Assembly (NCBI GenBank): GCA_963712965.1
Contig: CAVQJZ010000007.1
Coordinates: 14,865-78,864, forward strand
DNA from: an uncultured Pseudomonadota bacterium
GTDB taxonomy: Bacteria; Pseudomonadota; Gammaproteobacteria; DASZBR01
DNA length: 64,000 nucleotides
Direction: 5' to 3'
Below are positions 40,249 to 48,155 of the stretch, one piece after another. The translations under genes were made by a program, and so were the position numbers. The notes beneath the pieces are model-generated. The model did no database searches and had not been told where the DNA came from. It saw nothing but the letters and a program-made list of their open reading frames with translations. Position 1 is the first letter of the stretch; every line of letters begins with the position of its first letter.

Positions 40249-40306
40249 AGCGATTCTCTTGATGTCATTAGCGGATAGCAGCAGTATAGGACACCCGATA
40301 AAAATA

Positions 40307-40369
40307 TGCAATTTGGCAAACAAGATGCCAGATTACATTGGAATCTGGCCAACCTATTGCCAGATTCCA
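40307..40369. repeat. Two tandem 31-bp dyad units upstream of the AAA_14 gene
   Basis: TGCAATTTGGCAAACAAGATGCCAGATTACA and TGGAATCTGGCCAACCTATTGCCAGATTCCA. Confidence 0.6.
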
Positions 40370-40406
40370 TATTTTATTTTCGGCTTTCACCATTCTTCCT
40401 TTTGAA

Positions 40407-40434
40407 TTGACAGTGTACCTTAAGCTGCTAGAAT
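40407..40434 (+). promoter_or_regulatory. Sigma70 stable-RNA promoter for the tRNA-Ala/tRNA-Glu operon
   Basis: TTGACA-16 nt-TAGAAT followed by GC-rich discriminator GCCGCG. Confidence 0.8.
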
Positions 40435-40452
40435 GCCGCGTTCCTTTTTTAA

Positions 40453-40528
<76 letters not shown>

Positions 40529-40554
40529 GAAAAGTTACAAAATTAAAATGTTAT

Positions 40555-40630
40555 GTCCCCATCGTCTAGAGGCCTAGGACACTGCCCTTTCACGGCAATA
40601 ACAGGGGTTCGAATCCCCTTGGGGACGCCA
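40555..40630 (+). tRNA. tRNA-Glu(UUC)
   Basis: GTCCCCATCGTCTAGAGGCCTAGGAC...CT-TTC-AC...GGTTCGAATCCCCTTGGGGACGCCA. Confidence 0.95.
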
Positions 40631-40657
40631 ATCATATATATAGTATGGGAGCGTTCC

Positions 40658-41530
40658 ATGAAACTGCGTCTGCTGACCGTTGCAAGTTGTATTTTATTTT
40701 GTTCCCCTGTTTTTGCGCAAGCGACTACTAACACCACAACAAATAAAACCACTGCTACCACAGCACCAGCGCCAACATCTTCCATCGTTTCTGCGCCAGT
40801 TGACGTCCAACCCACAGAAAAAGCAACCGCTACGCCAGCACCACTATCTGCTGCCGCCGTCACAAAAATGCCAGAATCCACAACAACAACAGCAGCACCT
40901 GTCACTCTCAGCACAGATGCCGACAAAATTAGTTACGCGATTGGCGTGAACATTGGTCAAAATTTTAAAAATCAAAATTTACCCATCAATACACAAGCCA
41001 TCGCACAAGGAATTAGTGATGGTTATAACGGGAGCAAAACACTAATGTCTTCTCAAGATATGCAAAGCACCTTATTAAATTTCCAAAAAAATCTTATCGC
41101 GAAACGTCAAAGTGAGTTAACACAAACCAGCGAACAAAATACTCAGCAAGGCAGCACATTTTTACAACAAAACAAAAATAAACCGGGTGTTGTGACATTA
41201 CCCGATGGATTGCAATATAAAGTTATTACCCCAGGCGCTGGCGCTTCTCCTACTGATAAAGATTCTGTTACTGTTAATTACGTTGGCTCACTCACCAATG
41301 GCCAAGTATTTGATAGTTCTTATCAACGTGGAAAGCCCGCCACATTTCCTGTGACCGAAGTTATTCCTGGTTGGACGGAAGCGTTAAAAATGATGAAGCC
41401 TGGTGCCACATGGGAAATCTATGTACCACCGAGTTTAGCGTATGGTGATCGTGGCATTGGCCCGATTGGCCCTAATCAAACATTAATTTTTAAAATTAAT
41501 TTAATTTCTGTTAATGCGCCTAGCAACTAA
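40658..41530 (+). CDS. mip: FKBP-type peptidyl-prolyl isomerase (Mip/FkpA-like)
   Basis: Signal peptide, DKISYAIG dimerisation domain, GLQYKVI, FDSSY.RG.P..F, VIPGW.EAL, LAYG; GGGAG RBS before 40658. Confidence 0.88.
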   Translation: MKLRLLTVASCILFCSPVFAQATTNTTTNKTTATTAPAPTSSIVSAPVDVQPTEKATATPAPLSAAAVTKMPESTTTTAAPVTLSTDADKISYAIGVNIGQNFKNQNLPINTQAIAQGISDGYNGSKTLMSSQDMQSTLLNFQKNLIAKRQSELTQTSEQNTQQGSTFLQQNKNKPGVVTLPDGLQYKVITPGAGASPTDKDSVTVNYVGSLTNGQVFDSSYQRGKPATFPVTEVIPGWTEALKMMKPGATWEIYVPPSLAYGDRGIGPIGPNQTLIFKINLISVNAPSN

Positions 41531-42761
41531 GCTATTTAACGCACGTGCTCTAGCCGTTTTATTATTAGGTTTTTCTTCCGGCTTACCACTCGCGTTATCT
41601 GGCAGTACGTTGCAAGCATGGTATACCGTTAGCAACGTTAGCATTATTACTATTGGTATGCTGGCACTCGTTGGCCAACCTTATATTTATAAATTTTTGT
41701 GGGCGCCGATAATGGATCGTTACGTTCCACCATTATTGGGTCGGCGTCGCGGTTGGATTTTATTAATGCAATTGGCGCTCGCTATTGTCATTGCATTCAT
41801 GTCATTTTTAAAGCCTAATCTTTCCCCCAAATTATTAGCTGGCACAGCATTATTAGTCGCTTTCTTATCTGCCTCACAAGATATTTCAATTAACGCCTAC
41901 AGCACGGATATTTTGCACGCTGAAGAAAGAGGTTTTGGTGCAGCACTTGTCACCATTGGTTATCGTGTTGCCATGATTGCCTCTGGCGGACTCGCGTTAA
42001 TTATTGCAGCACGTTACGGTTGGCATTTCACTTATCTTTTAATGGCCGTTCTTATGCTGGCCAACACACTCATTACTTTTTTCAGCCCTGAAGTTGAAAA
42101 TCATAACCCCCCACCACCAACACTTAAAAAAGCAGTTATAGATCCTTGGCGAGAATTTATGAGCCGTGATGCGGCTATTATTATTTTATTATTTATCATG
42201 CTATATAAAATGGGTGATGCATTTACCGTCAGTTTAAATAGCGTATTTTTATTGCGCGGATTACATTTTTCACTCATGGATGTCGGCACTGTAAATAAAA
42301 TGTTTGGTATGGCATCTATTATTGCAGGTGGATTAGTCGGTGGTATTTGGTTATCACGCATTGGATTATTTCGTTCGTTGTGGTGGTTTGGTATTGCACA
42401 AGCATTATGCAGTTTGGTGTACATGGCATTTGCCATCATTGGCAAAAGTTTTTCCATGTTAGTGTTTACTGTATTTATTGACAATTTCGTGAGCGGTTTG
42501 AGCGGCACCTCACTCGAAGCATTTGTCATGACGATGTGTAATCGTAAATATACCGCCACGCAATTTGCTTTATTTTCAGCGCTCACTGCTATTGCGCGTG
42601 TCGTTGTTGGCCCGATTGCAGGATTAACGATTAAAGGAGTGGGCTGGACTCATTTCTTCCTCATCAGTTTTTTTGTTTCCATCCCCGGATTAGTGTTGCT
42701 ATTCATTTTGCGCCATCGGTATGATGCGCGCTTTGATTTTGTCAAAGAGGCGAAAGGATAA
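41514..42761 (+). CDS. ampG: AmpG muropeptide MFS permease
   Basis: LGFSSGLP, KFLWAP..DRY...LGRRRGW, SASQDI, TATQFAL. Confidence 0.93.
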   Translation: MRLATKLFNARALAVLLLGFSSGLPLALSGSTLQAWYTVSNVSIITIGMLALVGQPYIYKFLWAPIMDRYVPPLLGRRRGWILLMQLALAIVIAFMSFLKPNLSPKLLAGTALLVAFLSASQDISINAYSTDILHAEERGFGAALVTIGYRVAMIASGGLALIIAARYGWHFTYLLMAVLMLANTLITFFSPEVENHNPPPPTLKKAVIDPWREFMSRDAAIIILLFIMLYKMGDAFTVSLNSVFLLRGLHFSLMDVGTVNKMFGMASIIAGGLVGGIWLSRIGLFRSLWWFGIAQALCSLVYMAFAIIGKSFSMLVFTVFIDNFVSGLSGTSLEAFVMTMCNRKYTATQFALFSALTAIARVVVGPIAGLTIKGVGWTHFFLISFFVSIPGLVLLFILRHRYDARFDFVKEAKG

Positions 42762-44095
42762 TGGCGAACGTTCAGACGAAAGCACGTGCCTTAGGTGTAT
42801 GGATGTTGACCGCTTTAGTTGCAGGAAACATGATCGGCTCTGGCGTATTTTTATTACCTGCCACACTCGCCTCGTTCGGTAGTATCAGTATTATTTCCTG
42901 GATTTTAACTGCTTTAGGCGCCATGTGTTTAGCGCTGGTGTTTGCCAAATTAGGCAGCCTCATTCCTAAAGTCGGTGGCCCGTATGCCTATTGTCACGAA
43001 GCATTTGGTGCTTTTGCCGGATTTCAAATTGCTTATAATTATTGGATTGCACTATGGGTCGGCAATGCGGCTATTTCTATTGCCGCTGTAAGTTACCTCG
43101 GTATATTTTTCCCCATTTTAAAAACCAGCCCACAATTAGAATGTTTAACTGCCATTGGTTTAGTGTGGCTGATGACGGTCATTAATATTTTAGGCGTAAA
43201 ACAAGCCGGTATTTTGCAGTTGATCACCACCATTTTGAAATTACTGCCATTGATTTTAATTGCGACTTTCGGTTTGTTGTTTATTCACCCGCATTATTTA
43301 GTCAATAATTTCAACATCTCGCATCATTCTAATTTCACGGCATTAACGGGCGCTGCAACATTAACGTTGTGGTCGTTTATTGGTTTGGAATCTGGCACTG
43401 TGCCTGCCGATGATGTGGAAAATCCACAACGCACCATTCCTCGCGCCACTATCTTAGGAACGATCATTACTTCGTTGGTTTATATTTTAAGTACCGTTGC
43501 CGTCATGGGCGTAATTCCTATGGCACAATTGGCTAAATCCACCGCACCTTATGCCGATGCCGCACAAGTGATGTTTGGTCCTGTAGCCTATTACGTGATT
43601 GGTATTGGTGCCGCTATTTCTTGCTTAGGCGCGTTAAATGGTTGGACATTATTGCAAGGGCAAATCCCATTAGCGGCTGCTCGTGACGGCGTATTTCCCG
43701 CATCGTTTGCTAAAATATCACGCTTTGGCACACCTATCGTTGGCTTGATCGTATCGAGCACTTTAATTACTTGTTTATTATTGCTCACACTAAACGCGAG
43801 CTTAGTAAAACAATTCACGTTCATTATTCTTATCGCCACACTGGCATCCTTGATTCCTTACCTTTACACTTGCATGGCTGAGCTTATGATTTTTGTTAAG
43901 CATCGCGCCAGTTTTAGCGGCAAACGTTTAGGCATTTCTGTCGTGCTAAGTTTAGTCGCGATGGTATATATTTTCTGGGCGATTGCAGGATCTGGGCAAG
44001 AAACAATTTTCTGGGGTAGCTTGTTATTTTTCTCAAGTGTTCCAGTTTATGTATGGATGCGCTGGAATGCTGCGCGTCAAGGTCAACCGGTTTAA
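42761..44095 (+). CDS. APC-family amino acid permease (PotE/CadB-like)
   Basis: GNMIGSGVFLLP, GGPYAY, WSFIGLES, NPQRTIP.AT. Confidence 0.9.
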   Translation: MANVQTKARALGVWMLTALVAGNMIGSGVFLLPATLASFGSISIISWILTALGAMCLALVFAKLGSLIPKVGGPYAYCHEAFGAFAGFQIAYNYWIALWVGNAAISIAAVSYLGIFFPILKTSPQLECLTAIGLVWLMTVINILGVKQAGILQLITTILKLLPLILIATFGLLFIHPHYLVNNFNISHHSNFTALTGAATLTLWSFIGLESGTVPADDVENPQRTIPRATILGTIITSLVYILSTVAVMGVIPMAQLAKSTAPYADAAQVMFGPVAYYVIGIGAAISCLGALNGWTLLQGQIPLAAARDGVFPASFAKISRFGTPIVGLIVSSTLITCLLLLTLNASLVKQFTFIILIATLASLIPYLYTCMAELMIFVKHRASFSGKRLGISVVLSLVAMVYIFWAIAGSGQETIFWGSLLFFSSVPVYVWMRWNAARQGQPV

Positions 44096-44145
44096 ACTGT
44101 TATTGAATAAATCTTTATTGGAATTTTACTAAAAGGAGCTTATTG

Positions 44146-45099
44146 ATGGATACAACAGCGAAACAACGTGTATTAGGCATTATTGTTTTATTGGCTTTAT
44201 TAGGTATTGTGTTAACGGTTTTGTTACATAATAGTCGTGAAGATAGAGCGCGCGCTACTGTTGCTAGTCAATCTGCTGCCACTAACGCCGCTGCAACGAA
44301 TACTGAAATTAATACGTCTGATCAAAATTTAAATAACATTAACACCGCATTAAACAATGAAGTGCAAGCACAACAAGCTGCACAGGCCGCCAACAATTCT
44401 CTGTCTATTCCTAATAGCAATAATCAAACACTTGAACAACAAGCGTCAGGCAATTCAGCAATCACTGCAGCGCCATCAAGTATTGCAAACAGCAATAGCT
44501 CAATTGATATCAACAATACAACAGCAATCACGCCACATAAAACAAGTTCTGCAATTAATCACACCACGCAAATTGCAGCACCAACAATTACACCAACAAC
44601 AAATACAACAACACATAATAGTGACAGCGTTTCCATTCCAGCAATTAAATCCACCTTGCCGCCTGTGACAGTGCAAACATCTCAAGCGCTAAGTTCAACA
44701 CCTAAGAAACAAAGCACAATTCACGCCAGCATTCCAAAAACAAAAACCATTGTGGAAAAATCCTCTGCGCATACGGCTACCACAACACCTGTTGCACAAT
44801 CAATTTCTCATGAAACCAGTGCAAGTCTTGCAACTACAACGGCAACAAATAGCAAAGACTTTACTGTTCAAGCCGGCACATTTGATGTACCTGATGATGC
44901 GATTAATTTAGTGAAGACCTTAAAAGCGCATGGCTTTATTGCCCGCACAGAAAAAGTATCCACCGATAAAGGCGAAATGACTCGCGTGACCGTTGGCCCA
45001 ATGGCACAAACAGAAGATTCAGCAAAAGCATTGAATGAGAAATTAAAATCTGAAATGCATATTTCAGGAATGATCGTATCGAAGGAAACGCATCAGTAA
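44146..45099 (+). CDS. dedD: SPOR-domain cell division protein (DedD-like)
   Basis: KQRVLG N-terminal TM, long S/T/N linker, C-terminal SPOR (VQAGTF, RVTVGP); immediately upstream of cvpA. Confidence 0.8.
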   Translation: MDTTAKQRVLGIIVLLALLGIVLTVLLHNSREDRARATVASQSAATNAAATNTEINTSDQNLNNINTALNNEVQAQQAAQAANNSLSIPNSNNQTLEQQASGNSAITAAPSSIANSNSSIDINNTTAITPHKTSSAINHTTQIAAPTITPTTNTTTHNSDSVSIPAIKSTLPPVTVQTSQALSSTPKKQSTIHASIPKTKTIVEKSSAHTATTTPVAQSISHETSASLATTTATNSKDFTVQAGTFDVPDDAINLVKTLKAHGFIARTEKVSTDKGEMTRVTVGPMAQTEDSAKALNEKLKSEMHISGMIVSKETHQ

Positions 45100-45128
45100 T
45101 AATTGTCCGCTGCGTATCATTTAATTTA

Positions 45129-45166
45129 ACACTACTTGTCACCCCGCATTTATTGCGGGGTCTGGC
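45129..45166. repeat. Half copy of the 13241 palindromic element
   Basis: ACACTACTTGTCACCCCGCATTTATTGCGGGGTCTGGC identical to 13241-13278. Confidence 0.85.
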
Positions 45167-45184
45167 GATTGGAGAGATTGATTC

Positions 45185-45703
45185 ATGTCCACCATCACAA
45201 GCTTCAACTGGGCCGATTACGTCATCATCGCTATTATGGTGTTGTCGATCCTCATTAGTTTAGTGCGCGGCCTTGTGCGCGAAGCATTGTCATTGGCATC
45301 ATGGGCTTTGGCCTTCATCATCGCTTTAAAATTTCATCCCTACGCGTCAATCTTCCTCGAACATCTCATCAAATCCGCAGGCCTTCGCACCATTTGTGCT
45401 TTTGCGCTGCTCTTTGTTGGCGTACTCATCATCTGCACTATTCTAACTTTTATGTTAAGTGCCCTAGTAAATAAAACAGGTTTAAGTGGCACCGACAGAT
45501 TATTAGGCGCCGTTTTTGGTGCCGCGCGCGGAATTTTAGTTATCTCCGCGCTGTTACTTGTGGCACAATTGACCCCAAGTCAACAAAGCGGTTGGTGGCA
45601 AGGATCGGTACTCATTCCACACTTTGCCCCTATCGAAAATTGGCTAAAAGGGTTTTTGCCGGAAGCCATGGGCGGTGATTTCCAATTAGTAAACAAGAAT
45701 TAA
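45185..45703 (+). CDS. cvpA: Colicin V production protein CvpA
   Basis: NWADYVII, RGLVREALSL, GLSGTDRLLG.VFG.ARG, WWQ.S.LIPHF. Confidence 0.95.
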   Translation: MSTITSFNWADYVIIAIMVLSILISLVRGLVREALSLASWALAFIIALKFHPYASIFLEHLIKSAGLRTICAFALLFVGVLIICTILTFMLSALVNKTGLSGTDRLLGAVFGAARGILVISALLLVAQLTPSQQSGWWQGSVLIPHFAPIENWLKGFLPEAMGGDFQLVNKN

Positions 45704-45876
45704 CTACTTCAAAGATAACTTCTATACCAACACACCTATAGTTAATGTCTCACGGCATGCATCGCCAATCGCTGATAATTTTTTGCGAAAAGTGCTTGGC
45801 GTAGAAAAATTTTGATGGTAATTTTCGCGACTCACTTATTCCATCTAACGAGTCAAAACATAGGAACGTATTAGCA

Positions 45877-48030
45877 ATGAAAAACCCTACATCAACATCA
45901 GCGGAAAAGAAACTTGGATCTATCGGAACTTTAGTTTTCCTTCTTAATGCTTATATCGAAATCGAAAAAACAAAAGAAGCCAGGCTCGCACATAAAGACC
46001 CAATAGATGAAGGATCCGTTGAATCAATCGCAATCAAAGACTTGGAAGCGGTGCAAGCAAACATTGCTAAGTTGTTCGCACTCAATAAAAACAAAAAAGC
46101 TGAGGAATTGAGAGGCATCAACAACCTAGCACTTTCTGACACAGGTCATGTATCTGCGCAAAAAGTTGTCGCTTTGAAGATAGATGCCACATCTGCCACA
46201 ACAGTTTATAGTCAAGTATTAGGCACCATAAGCAGCTCCGTAGAAAAAACAAAAAGTAAAATAAGCTTTTTCGGCAACTGGCCTATGCACACTGAGCTAA
46301 ATAAGTTATCCAGCACTCTAAATAATTTCAAAGAAAATCTTCCATCTGATGAAGTTCTGTTAGCCTCTACAAAGAATCCTGAGGAAGACAAGAAAAAAAA
46401 GGATGCGGAAGATACTTTCAACAGCAAAAAAACTGATCTATTAAACAGGGTAAATAACTTAAGCAATCCAGAGGAAAATAAAAATCTCCTCGGAAGAATT
46501 AACAACGTTAAATTTTCAAATGGCGATAGCGATCCTTTTTCTAGCGCAGAAGCAGAAGTGGCACTTTTAGAGAAAAAAGAAAGTGCTTTTATTAACAAAA
46601 AAATTGGTTTAATAAATAAAGCGTCCTCAAGCGATCTAGAGAAATCCAAGGCTCTTCTCGAAAAAATTAGCAAAATTAAATTTTCAAATAACGACAACGA
46701 CAGCGATCCTCTTTCTGAGATAGAAAAAGAAATGGCTCTCTTAGACGCACAAGAAAATAATTTCAAAAACAAGAAAGCCGATCTATTGAAAAAAACAAAA
46801 CTATTAGGTGATGCAGCAAAAGGTTTACGACAACAAATTACAGATATTAAATTTTCAAGCAGCGTCAGCGATCCTTTTGCTGACTTGGAAGATGAGCTTG
46901 CAACTTTGGAAGCGAAGAGCAATTTCGATGATGCAATTCAAGATCTTGTCGACAAACTAGACATATTGAAAACGAATGCATCAGAAGAAAAAATAAGAAA
47001 AATAGACATCTTGCTCAATGCTGTTAATTCGGTAAAGTTTACGAACAAAAAATCGGCGGAGAGCAAATTAAAATCCCTGCTTACACAAGTTGAAAACTTA
47101 GAAAAAGAACCAGCCGCGTCGCAAAATGATGATTTTGTTAAAGCGATGCGCGAGCAAAATGCGCTTCTCAAACAGTCCCTCGAAAGCAACGAAAAGAAAA
47201 TTGCCCTGCTTGAAAATGAAAATTCAAAACAGCTAGCTGTGATTGGCCCTTACAAAATGCTAGAACAGCTCGTCGCACAGAAGAAAATTACAATCACAGT
47301 CAATGCCGATCAAAATGATAGAAATGATGACTTTATCAACTTATTACCACTGGCACTGCAAGACAAGCTCGTAAAGCAGCTCAATACACAATGGAAAGAA
47401 GAAGAATCATCGTCGCCAGAAGAATCCCCTTTTGCCCAACTCAATAAAAAATATCAGCCCATTTATGATTTTGAAAAAAGTGAAATTGACCCAAACGGCA
47501 GGGATCGATGGCAATATGACCTTTGGAAGGTTGGATGCGCAACATCGACTCGAGCTTACATAGCGGTAATGAAACTTCTTGAATACAGAGATTTACCCAA
47601 AGGCACTACTGGAGGCGCGCAAATACAAGATAATGCTTATGGCAATACTATTGCTATACATCTCGTTTTCTTAATCTTGACAAACGACACACAAGACTGG
47701 TCAGCGTTAATCGCCATGCTTCAAGATGAACTCAATACGGCGAAAACGAAAACATCTTTTGCTGTTTCTGCTCTGGAAGACACCTTGCTGGCCATATCTA
47801 ACCTAACCGCTGCAAATAGAAATCCAGCAATTGCTTCTGATCCTAGCAAGAGAGCCATAATGCTGGGCAAGCTATTTTTAGCCAATTCAGGGAGCACTCT
47901 GCTATTTGGTGATGAGCCTAACTCTCTGTTACTAAATCAAATGAAAAGTTATGCGTCTTATTGGACTGCGCAAGCGAAAAACGACTCGGCGGAACTCCCA
48001 AAAATGCCATCACCATCACCGAAACGATAG
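45877..48030 (+). CDS. Hypothetical coiled-coil/repeat protein, candidate effector
   Basis: 717 aa ORF with four internal repeats of about 55-60 aa; no family recognised. Confidence 0.8.
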   Translation: MKNPTSTSAEKKLGSIGTLVFLLNAYIEIEKTKEARLAHKDPIDEGSVESIAIKDLEAVQANIAKLFALNKNKKAEELRGINNLALSDTGHVSAQKVVALKIDATSATTVYSQVLGTISSSVEKTKSKISFFGNWPMHTELNKLSSTLNNFKENLPSDEVLLASTKNPEEDKKKKDAEDTFNSKKTDLLNRVNNLSNPEENKNLLGRINNVKFSNGDSDPFSSAEAEVALLEKKESAFINKKIGLINKASSSDLEKSKALLEKISKIKFSNNDNDSDPLSEIEKEMALLDAQENNFKNKKADLLKKTKLLGDAAKGLRQQITDIKFSSSVSDPFADLEDELATLEAKSNFDDAIQDLVDKLDILKTNASEEKIRKIDILLNAVNSVKFTNKKSAESKLKSLLTQVENLEKEPAASQNDDFVKAMREQNALLKQSLESNEKKIALLENENSKQLAVIGPYKMLEQLVAQKKITITVNADQNDRNDDFINLLPLALQDKLVKQLNTQWKEEESSSPEESPFAQLNKKYQPIYDFEKSEIDPNGRDRWQYDLWKVGCATSTRAYIAVMKLLEYRDLPKGTTGGAQIQDNAYGNTIAIHLVFLILTNDTQDWSALIAMLQDELNTAKTKTSFAVSALEDTLLAISNLTAANRNPAIASDPSKRAIMLGKLFLANSGSTLLFGDEPNSLLLNQMKSYASYWTAQAKNDSAELPKMPSPSPKR

Positions 48031-48052
48031 CCAAATCGAGAAAAGTAGCGCA

Positions 48053-48085
48053 CTTAATAAAACCTTAAGGAACATTTGTTAGATT
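48053..48085 (+). promoter_or_regulatory. PmrA-type tandem box plus -10 element upstream of the 1550 aa ORF
   Basis: CTTAATAAA-AC-CTTAAGGAA (48053-48072), 7 nt, TAGATT. Confidence 0.65.
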
Positions 48086-48155
48086 GAAGCCAAGCAGCGT
48101 TATACTGCTTGGCAGTACTTTTTAGTGGAACCAAGGATTAAAGGAGTAAAGTATT

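Noticed and set aside
40307-40369. Possible mini-CRISPR
   Set aside because: Only two divergent units separated by 1 nt, with no spacer
40580-40600. C-A mismatch at the top of the tRNA-Glu anticodon stem
   Set aside because: Single terminal-pair mismatch in an otherwise canonical tRNA; not evidence of a pseudogene
40553-40657. N-terminal extension of the FKBP ORF in the track
   Set aside because: Reads through tRNA-Glu; the real start with RBS and signal peptide is at 40658
46212-46922. 236 aa minus-strand ORF and the many other short antisense ORFs in the track
   Set aside because: Shadows of longer, well-supported genes; the Phe/Leu/Ser-rich composition is what antisense Lys/Glu codons produce
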